From Octopus vulgaris (lineage: Eukaryota): a DNA stretch of 64,000 nucleotides. The notes beneath the pieces were generated by a model, which searched no databases, was not told the origin of the DNA, and saw only the letters and a program-made list of their open reading frames with translations. Numbering within the stretch: position 1 is the first letter of the stretch; each line of letters starts with the position of its first letter. Positions 50,399 through 63,678 of this stretch are shown here, in pieces. A program made the position numbers and the translations under genes. The stretch is from NCBI GenBank assembly GCA_951406725.2, contig OX597817.1, forward strand, positions 143,406,001-143,470,000, written 5' to 3'.

Positions 50399-51209
50399 AT
50401 TCTCAAACCAAACCAGCGTGATGCCATATGTGACAAAACTGGGTCTTTTATATTACAGGAATAGTTCAAGTGACAGGTTTCCACACAGTTCCCATCTATC
50501 CTACTTTGTTCACAACCCTGGCACTACATCAGCATTCATGCTGATCCGATCAAGAGAACAACCTGCTTGTGAAATTAGCATACAAGGGGCTGAGCATTCC
50601 ACAGACATGTGGTACCCTCAACATAGTTTTCAGGGATATTCAATGTAACACAAAATGTGACAAGCTGACCCTTTGAATTACAGGTACAACTCACTTTTGC
50701 CAACTGAGTGAACTGGAGCAAAGTGAAATAAAGGGTCTTGCTGAACCCAAAACCATGTGGTTGGTAAGCAAGCTACTTACCACACAGCCACCCCTACGCT
50801 TTGCTAAATCATTTAGCTAAAATAATTCAAAAGTAAAAAAAAGATAAACAAATGACTCAAAAATCATTTAACATCGATAATATTCTAATGATTTCCATTG
50901 TATTTGTTTTATAAGCACAGCAGAGCCACAAACGCCTTCGCCATACACACAATGTGTTCCAGTATGGCCTAAACTACATATAATTTACAGCTTTTAAAGG
51001 ACAAAAGAATATTTCCGTTGAGAACAACAAGTGCCAGGAGTTGTCTAAGACGTTAACTAAAGCACATTTTCCATATCAATAAATAATGTGTCGACTCACT
51101 TTCTATTTCTTCTCACAGTTTATCGACAAAATCTTTTCATATTTATTTAACTTTCTTTCTAGAAAATGTTCAGATGAATAAAATGGCCTCATTACTTGCA
51201 GCCAAACTA

Positions 51210-51524
51210 TTTCTTTCTTTCTGTCTCTCTCTCTCTCTCTCTTCCTTTTTCTCTCTCTCTCCTTTTCTCTATCTCTCTCTCTTCCTTTTTCTCTCTTTCT
51301 CTTTTCTCTTTCTTTTTCTTTCTCTCTCTCTCACTCTTGCTTTCTCGCTTTTTCTTTTTTTCTCTCTCTTCCTCTTTTTCTTTCTTTCTCTTTCTCCCTT
51401 TTTCTCTTTCCTTTTCTCTTTCTTTCTCTTCCTTTATCTTTTTCTTGTTTTCTTTCTTCCTCTCTCTCTTCCTCTTTTTCCCTTTCTCTCTCTCTCACCT
51501 TCCCTCACACCTTTCCTTCTCTTT
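51210..51524. repeat. Polypyrimidine (CT-rich) tract
   Basis: About 300 nt that are almost purely C/T. Confidence 0.9.
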
Positions 51525-51878
51525 AATCTTGAATGTCTTAGATAGGTGTGCAGGTGTGGCTTTGTGGTTAAGTAGTTTCACTTCCCAACCTCATGGTTTC
51601 AGGTTCAGTTCCACTGCTTGGCACCTTGGGCAAGTGTCTTCAACTATAGCCCCAGACTGACCCAAAGCTTTGTGAGTGGATTTGGTAGACAGTGGAAGAA
51701 CTCTATTGTGTACATGTGTGTATGTAGATGCATGTATGTATATATGCATGTGTGTGAGTGCGCGTGTGTATGTGCCTCTTTGTTCTGTTGTCAGATAATG
51801 GTTGTGAGTGCCATGATGGCTCAGCTGGCCGAAACTTCAAAGGACTGCCACTACTATTGTTGTTAAAGAATAATATAC

Positions 51879-52114
51879 ATCGTTGCTATTATACAAAAGT
51901 GTCCTAAGTCCAAATCGTTGCTTTTTCAGAAAATGAAAAAATAGTTTCACCATTCCATAGCAAAACCATTGTACTACACTTTTGACAAATTTTGATATCT
52001 TGGCATCTGAAGCAGCTGGAGATATCATAGTTTGGCCAAAAGAACCAGTTATTGCAAGCGAAAATAGATACTGAGTAAATTTGGACATACAACAGTTTAA
52101 CATAATAGCAACGA
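51879..52114. mobile_element. TIR-bearing MITE in TA context
   Basis: atcgttgctattat...gtccaaat / atttggac...ataatagcaacgat. Confidence 0.6.
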
Positions 52115-54885
52115 TATATATATATATATATGCAAAAATGTTGTAAGCCCAAAATGTTGCTATTATTCTATCGGTCTCTTTAGCTGAACAGCTAAGTTAC
52201 AGAGATATAAACACCAACACACACACACACATATACGACTGAGCTTTTTTTCAGTTTCCATCAACCAAATCCATTCACAAGGCTTTGGTTGGCCCAAGAC
52301 TATAGTATGAAGGCACTTGCCTAAGATGCCACACAGCAGGACTGAACTCGGAACCCTGTGATTAGGAAGCAAGCCACTTACCCCACAGCTACATCCTGAT
52401 AACAAGTAGAGGTCAATTTGTTTCATCTAAACCCATCAAGACAATCTCCCAACATGGCCACAGTCCCATGACTGAAACAAGACCAAAACACAATACCAAA
52501 GATCCATTGATCTTGAAGCAGATAAAGCTATAAAGAATAGCATGTATAAAGATTAGGTTAAAACCTTTTTGAATAAAGTTGAAGGTAGCCTTCAACTTCT
52601 ATTCAAAAGGACTTTTCAACCCAATATTTATATGCTGTTATTTATAGCTCTATCTGCTTTGAGCTGTACCATCCCAAAGAAGAATTCCTTCATGTTATTT
52701 CTATGCTTCTAAATTCTCACAACATCGACAAATAGCTTTATTTTGGTGGAGGTGAGTGCCAAGGAAGAATCTGTGTGAAATAATTTATTTGTTGTCAACA
52801 TAACCTTGTAACTTGCAGCTGCGTTGTACAACTTCAGAGGTGCATGTAGAATTAAATATGAATGAAAGAAGAAAAATAAAAGAGAAAACAGCTACAAATG
52901 TCAAATACATTTTTTTTTTAAATGATGCAAAATAAAAAAAATTTTTAAGCCGACAAAAAAGAAAATGAAACTGACAGTAAATAAAACTGCACTTAAATTA
53001 TGTAACTATGGAAACTGGAGAGAAAATATTAAAATATTGAAGTCAAAAATCGCACAAATGATTGGGAAGGGGAAGAAAAATGCTCTGCCATTGTTCTTTT
53101 TGTTCTCTACATGAATATGTCACTTCTTCAGATTTAACCCTTTTGTTGCCATAGCTGTTGCTTCTCTCCATCTCTCGCTCCCCACCCCCATACGTTCTTA
53201 TTTCTATACTACCCACAAGGGGCTAAACACAGAGGAGACAAACACGGACAGACAAAGGGATTAAGTCAATTATATCGACCCCAGTGCGTAACTAGTACTT
53301 ATTTAATCGACCCCAAAAGGATGAAAGGCAAAGTCGACCTCGGTGGAATTTGAACTCAGAATGTAGCGGCAGACGAAATAACACTAAGCATTTCACCCTG
53401 CGTGCTAACGTTTCTGCCAGCTCGCTGCCTTCATACGTTCTTGCAAGCCCCAACCACTCCTATTTCCACTGTCCCCACTCACTCCTACTCACCTCATACT
53501 TTTAGGGGCCATCTGGACTTCTTATCACTATTTCATCTCCCTTCAATCATTCTCCCACTCTCTTCTAAATGTGAGTAACCACGCAGCCCCTTTACACCAA
53601 GAAACTTGTTCTGCACTGCCCCCTTCTAGCATGCTTTCTAACATCTCGTCTCTAAGCATAAATTCCTTCCAATCCTTTGGGGTTCACAGTCTTGCAAGTG
53701 GCATGGTGACCTCACTAGTGCTGGTACCATGAGAAAAGTACCTGATGTAAAGTGGTTGGCATTAGAAAGTGCATCCTGCTTTAGAAAACCATGCTGGAAT
53801 AAGACAGTGGAATACAATGCAACCCCCAGGCCCATCAGATCCTGTCAAACTGTCCAACCCATACCAGCATGAAACAATGGACATTAAACGCTGCTGCTGA
53901 TGATGATGATATTTAACTCTCCATTTTTCAATTTCCCTTCCATATACATACCTTAACACTCTAATATGATTCAACCAAAAACCAGCCAAACAGAAACAGA
54001 GGAGTTCAAAATGTTCCAGGTTTCCTTCAAAAATCAATAGAATTCCCCTCACCATTCCAACCCTCAACAGACAGCTTTTCATTAATTCCATTTCAATATG
54101 TCTTCCTTCTAATTCCCTGGTGCAGTGATCTTTCTTATTTCCTGGCAGAAAGGAATTCTTTGAAACAAATGCCAACACTTAACATTAAAAAGCAATTATA
54201 AAGCTGCTTGCTTTATAGTTTTCTGGACCAATTCTTATGCTAGTTCTACTCAAGTAACAGTGTCCTTTTCACCATTCTATAACCATTCTTCAGAGAAAAA
54301 AGGAGTAGAGAATAGGTCACCAGTAAGATACAGAACTATGATATTTGGTTAGATAATAGCCAAGATGGCCCTTAGTTTGGTTCTTCCTAAGGTTGACTTA
54401 GACATTCATTGGTCTAAGACTGATGTCAATATTTTTTTTATCTGCCACATAAATCTTATGAAGGACAAAATGTTTGTAATACTTAAGAAAATCATTATCA
54501 GATATACAAGCCAATGAGAGCCTCTGTATGGTCACACAACCTACTAGAAATAGCAGCCAAATCTCCCTCAAATTACACTACCTTCTTGGAGAAGGACAGG
54601 CATATAACAAACCAGGGTAGTCATGACTGAGATGTTTTTTATCACAATTCTCCTCAGAGTTTACCTGTAACTAAGCAACAACATTACTATCTTCTTACAT
54701 TAATAGGTGCAGGCATGGTTATGCACTTTCAGATTCAGTCCCATTACACGACACCTTGGACGAATGCCTTTTATTATAACCCCAGGCTGAACAAAGCCTT
54801 TGAGTAGAATTGATGGATGGAAACTGAAAAAAAACCCATCATATATATATATATGCATTATTACATATATATGTGTATATACATG

Positions 54886-55341
54886 CATATATGGGGTACA
54901 GGACATAAAAAACATAGGCTCAATGAGAAAACAAAAACAAAAAAAACAAACAAACAGAAAAACGAGACACGCAACATAAAGAATATAATTTCATAATTTT
55001 TCTATCATCTTGGCCTAACAGCCTGCATCGTCTGTTTTTACTGTCTTGTTCTCACTGTCCTGTCTTTGTTACAACTTTCACCCTCCGCAAAAAATCCCAA
55101 ATTTTATTTGCTTTGCTTTGTGGGAAGGACTGTTTCAATGAAGTCGCGTATTGTCCTTACCTTCGAGACGCGGAGTAGATGAAACATGGACAACTGATGA
55201 AGAGGAATGATCTTTATGTTGTATGTCTCGTTTCTCTGGTTTTTTTCCGTTGTTCGAAAAATGGTTCGTTTTCTGTTTTTGTTTTCATGTTTTCGTTTTC
55301 TCCTTGTGTCTACGTTTTTTGATGTCCTGTACCCATATATG
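54886..55341. mobile_element. Foldback Penelope-like remnant
   Basis: catatatggggtacaggacataaaaaac...gagacacgcaacataaaga pairs with tctttatgttgtatgtctc...gttttttgatgtcctgtacccatatatg. The interior contains gaaacatggacaactgatgaagagg. Confidence 0.6.
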
Positions 55342-55494
55342 AATGTATATATACATATATATATATGTAGGTATGTATATATGTGTATGTATAAATGCAT
55401 ATATTTATATATTATTTATATTATTATATGATCGAATGCCACACATCCTTTTCCAAGTAAGTTTTATCTATATCTATATATATATATATCTATA

Positions 55495-55533
<39 letters not shown>

Positions 55534-55794
55534 AAATATGTGTGTGTGCATGAGTGCGTGTACTTGTACTGCCATTACATGATGGTTGTAAACGAGTATT
55601 AATGTTAAACAAGCTGTGTTCTTTATGTCCGGTCTTGTGTGAAAAACATGCCTGGTCATGAGGAAATATTGTGTTGTCTAGAAACAGATGAAGGTTGGAA
55701 TCCAGCCATAGAAAATATGCTTCAATAAATTCCATCTGACTTACTAAAAGGTTTTATAAGCTCTTCTGAATCCACTGCAATGCTTGAAACCCTT

Positions 55795-56390
55795 CCTATT
55801 TCTTTACTACCCACAGAGGCTAAACACAGAGGGAACAAACAAGGACAGACAAATGGATTAAGTCGATTATATCGACCCCAGTTCGGAACTGGTACTTATT
55901 TAATCAACCCCAAAAGGATAAAAGGCAAAGTGGTGGAATTTGAACTCAGAACATATCAGCAGACGTAAAACCTATTTCTTTATTGCCCACAAGGGGCTAA
56001 ACATAGAGGGGAAAAACAAGGACAGACAAATGGGTTAAGTCGAATACATCGACCCCAGTGTGTAACTGGTACTTATTTAATCAACCCTGAAAGGATGAAA
56101 GGCAAAGTCGACCTCGGCAGAATTTGAACTCAGAATGTATCGGCAGACGAAATACCTATTTCTTTATTGCCCACAAGGGGCTAAACACAGAGGGGATAAA
56201 CAAGGACAGACAAACGGATTAAGTTGATTACATCGACCCCAGTGTGTAACTGGTACTTATTTAATCAACCCTGAAAGGATGAAAGGCAAAGTCGACCTCG
56301 GCAGAATTTGAACTCAGAACGTAGCGGCAGACGAAATACCGCAAAGCATTTCGCCCAGTGTGCTAACGATTCTGCCAGCTCACCACCTTA
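55795..56390 (-). mobile_element. SINE family C, head followed by three tandem ~180-bp body units
   Basis: cctatttctt...cccac...aaggacagac...gaccccag...ggtacttat...ggatgaaaggcaaagtcgacctcgg...tttgaactcagaa recurs at 55795, 55971 and 56155. The head gccagctcaccacct is at the right end. Confidence 0.85.
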
Positions 56391-58488
56391 GTTTGAAACC
56401 CTTCCGTATCACCACTAGGTATCTCAGTGTCCCAAGCAATTCCCCTCTTAACTTGTATGCTTCACCTGAGAGGGGAAGTGACGACTGAATTAGTGGAAGG
56501 GTTCCATTTGCTGTCTCTGACCAACCACCTTAAGCTGCCATGCCTATCTCCTTCGTGGCTTTCTTCAGTTGAGCTTCAAACCAATCTTCTGCAGGAAATA
56601 CCATTCCAATCTAGCTGGAAAGCCATGGCAGATCAAAGAATAGTGTAGAGGGTGGAATAACTAAATATCTTAATAAAGATAAACTCAGATTGCACCAGGC
56701 TCTTGTAATTCAAAAGACTCCAGCTTTTCTATTCTCCAGATGGTGAAATAATGATTTCAAGTTTTATTTACAAAGCCAGAAATTTTAGAGAAAAGGTAGT
56801 TAAATTATCTTCACTCCAGTACTTAACTGGTACTTGTTTTATCAACACCAAAAGGGTCAAAGACAGAGTCAATGTTGGCAGAATTTGAACTCGGACCCTA
56901 AAGAGCTAGAATAAATACTGGTAAGAATTTATGTCCAATACACTAACAACCCTGCCAGCGCACTGCCTTAGGGCAGTTGAAATAATACCATCAGTGTTTA
57001 GCACGAGATTGAGGTTATTTTAAGTGATTCCTTCACATGCTTGTAGCTATTTTAGGTAATACCCCACAAAAAAGTATAACAAATATAAAAAACAATTTTT
57101 TTTTTTAATCTAGAAAGGAAACACTGTCAGTGAAATTAGATTATCTTTTTGTGTCCTTTCAACTGACTTGATGGCCAAACTGTCTTGTCATTATTTGCAC
57201 AGGAAGCTTGTCAATAACTGAATAGCCAAGCGAGGAAATAAACTTGTCAAATGTCAAAGCCAAAACATAACAACCTGCAATCATTTTAGCTGGGTTTTAT
57301 TTAAACTGGCAAGGCGCAGACAGATACACAGGCCTTGACTGATGTGTTATAACAGAAACACAAACCCAGGCAGAATAAATGCTAACCACCACCAACACCA
57401 CCACTAACCAATACTTGAACATCCATTTCCCTATCCACAAAACTGACCTTGGCAGTGAGGTTACATACACATCACAGCTTAACTCTACTTTTCGGCAATC
57501 TATCTTGTCATTTTGTATATTAGATGTTATTAACTTATTAAACTGAAATCTGTTTTAACTTGATTACCACAAGAGTTTCTGTTGCCATCATATCTCTACT
57601 ACAGCTATTATTATTTTACTAAAACTGCTCAAGGAATTTTGTCAGTTGACGGAAATTGTTGCCAATTACAGACAACTATCTATTTTCCTAGCCATCACAC
57701 TTAGTTACTGCTTCTAATACTAACTGATTTTCTCTGGTCACTTGAGAGGCATCAAATTACAATTCATCTCCAACATCATTTAACATCCATCTTCCCATAC
57801 GATAAACTATCAACAAAGCAATGCGATGACCAATATTATTACAGCAAAGGTAAGGCAGTGAGCTGGCAGAAACGTTAGCATGCCAGGCGAAATGCTTGGT
57901 GGTATTTCGCCTGCCATTACGTTCTGGGTTCAAATTCTGCTGAGGTCGACTTTGCCTTTCATCCTCTCGGGGTCAATTAAATAAGTACCAGTTACACACT
58001 GGGGTCGATGTAATCAACCTAATTTATTTGCCTGTCCTTGTTTGTCCTCTCTGTGTTTAGCCCCTTGTGGGTAGTAAAGAAATAGGTATTTCGTCTGCTG
58101 CTACGTTCTGAGTTCAAATTCCACCAAGGTTGACTTTGCCTTTCATCCTTTCAGGGTCAGTTACATAAGTACCAGTTATGCATTGGGGTTGATGTAATCG
58201 ATTTAATCCCCTCCTCCAAGCTGCCCTTGCAGCAAAAATTTGAAATCATTATTACAGCAAAGGTGGTGAACTGCCAGAATCAGTAACATGCCAGGCAAAA
58301 TGCTTAGCTTCATTTTTGTCCACTGGGTTCAAATTCCACTGAAGTCAACTTCATCTTTCATCCTCTCAGGGTCAATGAAATACATACCAGTTGAGAACTG
58401 GGGTCAATATAATCAACTAACCACTTCATCCCACCAAAATCTCAAGCTTTGCCCCTATAGTAAAAAGGATTATTATTAAAGTTGTGAA

Positions 58489-58877
58489 GCGTAGGAGTGG
58501 CTGAGTGGTAAGTAGCTTGCTTACCAACCACATGGTTCCGGGTTCAGTCCCACTGCATAGCACCTTGGGCAAGTGTCTTCTACTGTAGCCTTAGGCCAAC
58601 CAAAGTCTTGTGAGTGGATTTGTTAGACGGAAACTGAAAGAAGCCCGTCGTATATGTGTATATATGTTATGTGTGTATATATGTTTGTCCCCCAACATCA
58701 CTTGACAACCGATGCTGGTGTGTTTACGTCCCCGTAACTTAGCGGTTCAGCAAAAGACACCGACAAAATAAGTACTAGGCTTACAAAGAATAAGTCTTGG
58801 GGGGTCGATTTGCTCGACTAAAGGCGGTGCTCCAGCATGGCCACTGTCAAATGACTGAAACAAGTAAAAGAGTAAAG
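58489..58877 (+). mobile_element. SINE family A, full-length
   Basis: Colinear with 11653-12076. Confidence 0.85.
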
Positions 58878-59505
58878 ATTATTATTATTGCAGTGAATCA
58901 GATGCTCAACAGCATTTCTTCCGGCTCTTCACAATCTGAGATCAAATATCAGCATGGTCAAGTACCAATCAAGAACCGAAGTTGGCACAATCAATTTGCC
59001 AACCCCACAACTGCTAAAATTACTGGCCTTGAGTAGATCAATTTTCTCTTTACTTCTGTTAATCATGGGTTGGTGATTGCAATGGAAAAGCTTTTGACCT
59101 TTTTTTTTGCAAGGCCTTGTGGGATTCAAATTAGGTTATCCCCCAGACAAGGGATTTGGCTCAAACACTTTGCAACAAAGTGGAGAACACCTAATGCCTT
59201 CAAGAGCCAGGTGGTGCACTTAAGCGCTATGCCGAGGATTAACTCTACATTTCTGGATGTTACTCACACTAGCATCCTGTAATATGAAACGTCTGCTGCA
59301 AGATAGGAACTCCTCTTAAGCCAATCAGCTCATCCCATTAGCCAGGCACTTAGCCATTCCACACAACCCCCACCTTTCTCTCTTTCTTTCACACACACAC
59401 ACATTTAGTGCAAGAGGGCAATATAACAGCATTAATACAAAGTACCAATAAATAGTTAATAGTACAAGCAGTGTAGAATAGTATGTACCAAAAGAACATG
59501 TACAG

Positions 59506-59556
<51 letters not shown>

Positions 59557-60375
59557 CACACACACACAAAGAGTTGTATGAGAGCTCATTAAACAGGTTA
59601 AAAATCAATGAAGACCGTTGTGATAGATATTAAGTCGGGTTGTGTGACTTCAGAGTCATGAAAATCCAATAGGATCAATGAAGCTGATAGTCATGGGAAA
59701 CGAAGGGGAAACAAGAGAGAGGAGGGAGTAGATACATAAATGAAAGAGGATAAGAAGGCAAAACAAAAACAAACAAAAAACCAAAAACCAGAAATATAAT
59801 AGAAGAAAGGAGTCAAAATGTTGAAGGTGGTGTCTACAGAAGTAAGGGTGGGGGTGTCAGATATAGAGGAATTGATTGGTGAAACCAGTAAATATCACAA
59901 TAACAGCAGCAGAGCTTGTATTGTACTTTTAGGGGATTAGATATCCAATTTATTAAGGTATACAATTAATTAACTGTGTGCTTCCAATTAACTGAGCTAA
60001 AATTGAGTTTCACTCAATATGTTACATAAGCCTTCCAAAACATACAAGAAAAAGCAGAATAAGTTTTACAGATTTTTTTTTAATGCATAAATAAATAAAT
60101 AAATATGTAAAACACATTATTTATGCTTGTTCTTGTATATTATTCTGTGAAAAAGACCAGTTTAATTGAGGAAGGCAACCACGAATTTACAAAGTCACCT
60201 TGTGATGGACTTCGACTTCAGGCCTTACCTTTTGATTACCTGGAGTTCGACACCAATCCGAAAATATTTTGCTAGCTTGGTGTCATCATTATCATCAAGT
60301 AACATCTATTTTCCATGCTGGCATGGTTTGGATGGTTTGACTGGACCTGGCTCCAGGCTCCAGTTTGTTTTGGCT

Positions 60376-60417
<42 letters not shown>

Positions 60418-60664
60418 GCGTTTGTGTGTTTGTGTGTCTGTGTTTGTCCCCCCAACATCACTTGACAACCGATGCTGATGTGTTGACGTTCTCGTAACTT
60501 ACCGGTTCAGCAAAAGAGACTGATAGAATAAGTACTAGGCTTACAAAGAATAAGTCCCGGGGTCGACTTGCTCGACTAAAGGTGGTGCTCCAGTATGGCC
60601 TCAGTCAAATGACTGAAACAAGTAAAAGAGTAAAAGAGTATATGTATGTGTGTATATATATATA

Positions 60665-60826
60665 TTTTCTATTTTCTCTCCCTGTTTATTTCTGTGTTCC
60701 TTTCTGTCAAAGAGCATAGGTTCGAAACATAAAAGACTTTCTCACTTCCCAAGCGTTAAACCAATACATCAGTTTGTTGTTTACACACCCGTCTTCGTCT
60801 TATGTTTTTTTTTGTAAATTCTTACT
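60665..60826 (+). mobile_element. Penelope-like terminal-repeat fragment with a decayed hammerhead
   Basis: CTTT-CTGTCAA-AGAGC-atag-GTTC-GAAA-CATA-AAAG at 60700-60735. It has the same architecture as 26391-26425 and sits between (TA)n tracts. Confidence 0.45.
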
Positions 60827-60833
60827 ATATATA

Positions 60834-60892
<59 letters not shown>

Positions 60893-61081
60893 CAGCATTA
60901 GCATCACTTAAAGTGACTGGATTATCAAACATAATTCAAATTGGGAAAACTAGATGGCTTATAAAAACTAGCAGTATCCATGGAAATGCCATGATTCTTT
61001 AGAAAACTACAAGATTATTGCAAGTTTATAGCAAACCATGATATACATAATATTTTCTGAAATTGAGGTTTGATGCTGTTT

Positions 61082-61113
<32 letters not shown>

Positions 61114-61606
61114 TAAAGTGTTTCATTCTTCTGGAGGTGTGAAGTGAGCATAAGTAATACTGAAAGAGTTCAATGACAAATAAGAGAACATCTTTGAAAA
61201 TGATATTCTTTTTCATTCGCTTCTCAACTCTTCCAGCTTGATCTTCAGTTCATCTATTGTTTTCATCTTTGCATCACAAAGTGGGCTAAACAATTTTAAC
61301 TTGAGAATGAAATCAAAATCATACTCCAGTGCATAACTGGTACTTAATTTATCGACCCCAAAAGGATGAAAGGCAAAGTCGACCTTGGCAGAATTTGAAC
61401 TCAGAACGTAACAGCAGACGAAATACTGCTAAGCATTTTGCCCAGCGTGCTAATGTTTCTTATTTCTTTATTGCCCACAAGGGGCTAAACATAGAGGGGA
61501 CAAACAAGGACAGACAAAGGGATTACGTCAATTACATCGACCCCAGTGCATAACTGGTACTTAATTTATCAACCCCAAAAGGATGAAAGGCAAAGTCGAC
61601 TTCGGC

Positions 61607-62658
61607 GGAATTTGAACTCAGAATGTAACAGCAGACAAAATACCGCTTCTGCCAGCTCACCACCTTAAGTTTCCCGCCAGCTCACCAGCCATAGAGTTTC
61701 TATCTGCCAATTTCATTCACAAGGCACTGGTCTACACAAGGCTATAGCTGAAGCTGAACCTAATACTATGTATTCAGGTGAAGGTGGCTCTGAACCTCAT
61801 GCCTATATATATATATACAGTCAAAAATTGTGAAGCATGACTGTCAACACTACTACATGAACCCGAAGATTGCAGAATTCAATGCATGAAAGTACTAGTT
61901 CAATCAGAATGAATATTTAACATTCTACTATTTCATTTTATTTTATTCAATTATAATATATTATCTTATAATATATCATTATAAGATTGTAAATAAAACG
62001 TGAAAATCAGACAAGGTTGGAATTCTTTTTATTAATATATTCTTCTATACACAATCACACACACCCATATATATATATATCTATATATATATATATATGC
62101 ATATATATAAGGCAGAATTTGAACTCAGAATGTAACAGCAGACAAAATACCGGAATTTGAACTCAGAATGTAACAGCAGACAAAATACCGCTTCTGCCAG
62201 CTCACCACCTTAAGTTTCCCGCCAGCTCACCAGCCATAGAGTTTCTATCTGCCAATTTCATTCACAAGGCACTGGTCTACACAAGGCTATAGCTGAAGCT
62301 GAACCTAATACTATGTATTCAGGTGAAGGTGGCTCTGAACCTCATGCCTATATATATATATACAGTCAAAAATTGTGAAGCATGACTGTCAACACTACTA
62401 CATGAACCCGAAGATTGCAGAATTCAATGCATGAAAGTACTAGTTCAATCAGAATGAATATTTAACATTCTACTATTTCATTTTATTTTATTCAATTATA
62501 ATATATTATCTTATAATATATCATTATAAGATTGTAAATAAAACGTGAAAATCAGACAAGGTTGGAATTCTTTTTATTAATATATTCTTCTATACACAAT
62601 CACACACACCCATATATATATATATCTATATATATATATATGCATATATATAAGGCAG
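61607..62658. repeat. Near-perfect tandem duplication (~510-bp unit, period ~545 bp)
   Basis: 61607-62115 matches 62152-62658 apart from (TA)n length. The copies are separated by an extra ~37-bp copy of aatttgaactcagaatgtaacagcagacaaaatacc. Confidence 0.92.
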
Positions 62659-62809
62659 TGGTTCCCAATCTGTGGTCTGCAAAGGGAGTACAGGGGGGTC
62701 CATGAACATATTAAGCTGACAGACTTTTCAATATCCTGGGGTCCATGGGAAAACTCATTTAAATAAAAAGGGGTTGTTGGTTTGGTAATGAAAAGGTTGG
62801 GAACCACTG
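62656..62809. mobile_element. hAT-type MITE
   Basis: TIRs cagtggttcccaa / ttgggaaccactg; TSD atataagg / ttataagg. Confidence 0.85.
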
Positions 62810-63071
62810 TTATAAGGTAACATTCCCTTTGACCAAATATGTTTACATGGAAGATGAAAAACAAAGGATCCTGCTTGTATGACAAGGACACTCATTTACA
62901 ACCAACATGCAATGTCGACACACACACACACACATGTGTGTATATAAAAGAAAACTTCTCAAACACAGCCAAAACAGACAATGGAGTTGGGTGCAGCCTC
63001 CGGCCTTACTAATGCTTGTCAAACCATACAACACATGGCAACATTGAAAACGGATGTTAAATGATGATGAT

Positions 63072-63105
<34 letters not shown>

Positions 63106-63108
<3 letters not shown>

Positions 63109-63516
63109 TTTTACTTGTTTCAGTCATTTGACTGCGGCCATACTGGAGCACCACCTTTATAGTCAAGTAAATCGACCCCAGAGCTTATTCTTTGTAAACC
63201 TAGTACTTAATCTATCGATCTCTTTTGCTGAACCGCTAAGCTATGGGGATATAAACACACCACCATCGGTTGTAAAGCGATGCTGGAGGGACAAACAGAC
63301 ACAAAAACATATACATATACACTCACATACATATATATATACGCACACACACACACTTACGACAGGCTTCTTCCAGTTTCCGTCTACCAAATCCACTCAC
63401 AAAGCTTAGTAGAGGCTATAGTAGAAGACACTTGCTCAAGGTGCCACACAGTGGGACTGAACCCAGGACCATGTGGTTGGTAAGCAAGCTACTTACGAAA
63501 CAGCCACTCCTGCGCC
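63106..63516 (-). mobile_element. SINE family A, full-length, reverse orientation
   Basis: Reverse complement of family A, ending ...cagccactcctgcgcc on the plus strand. Confidence 0.85.
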
Positions 63517-63678
63517 TTATATATCATCGTTTAATGTCTGCTTTCCATGCAGACATGGATTGGACAATATATATATATATATATATATACATATTACATC
63601 ACCAGCTGCTATTAAAGCCAGATTTTTTGTGGTAAATCAAACTGAACACTCATAGTAGATTACTATTATATTACATTA

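Noticed and set aside
51174-51660. Hydrophobic Phe/Leu/Ser ORFs resembling membrane proteins
   Set aside because: Translation of a CT-rich tract running into a family A SINE.
59268-59276. Possible 9-nt microexon (ttacag|GATGCTAGT|gtgagt) on the minus strand
   Set aside because: The polypyrimidine tract is weak, and such matches are expected by chance in 64 kb.
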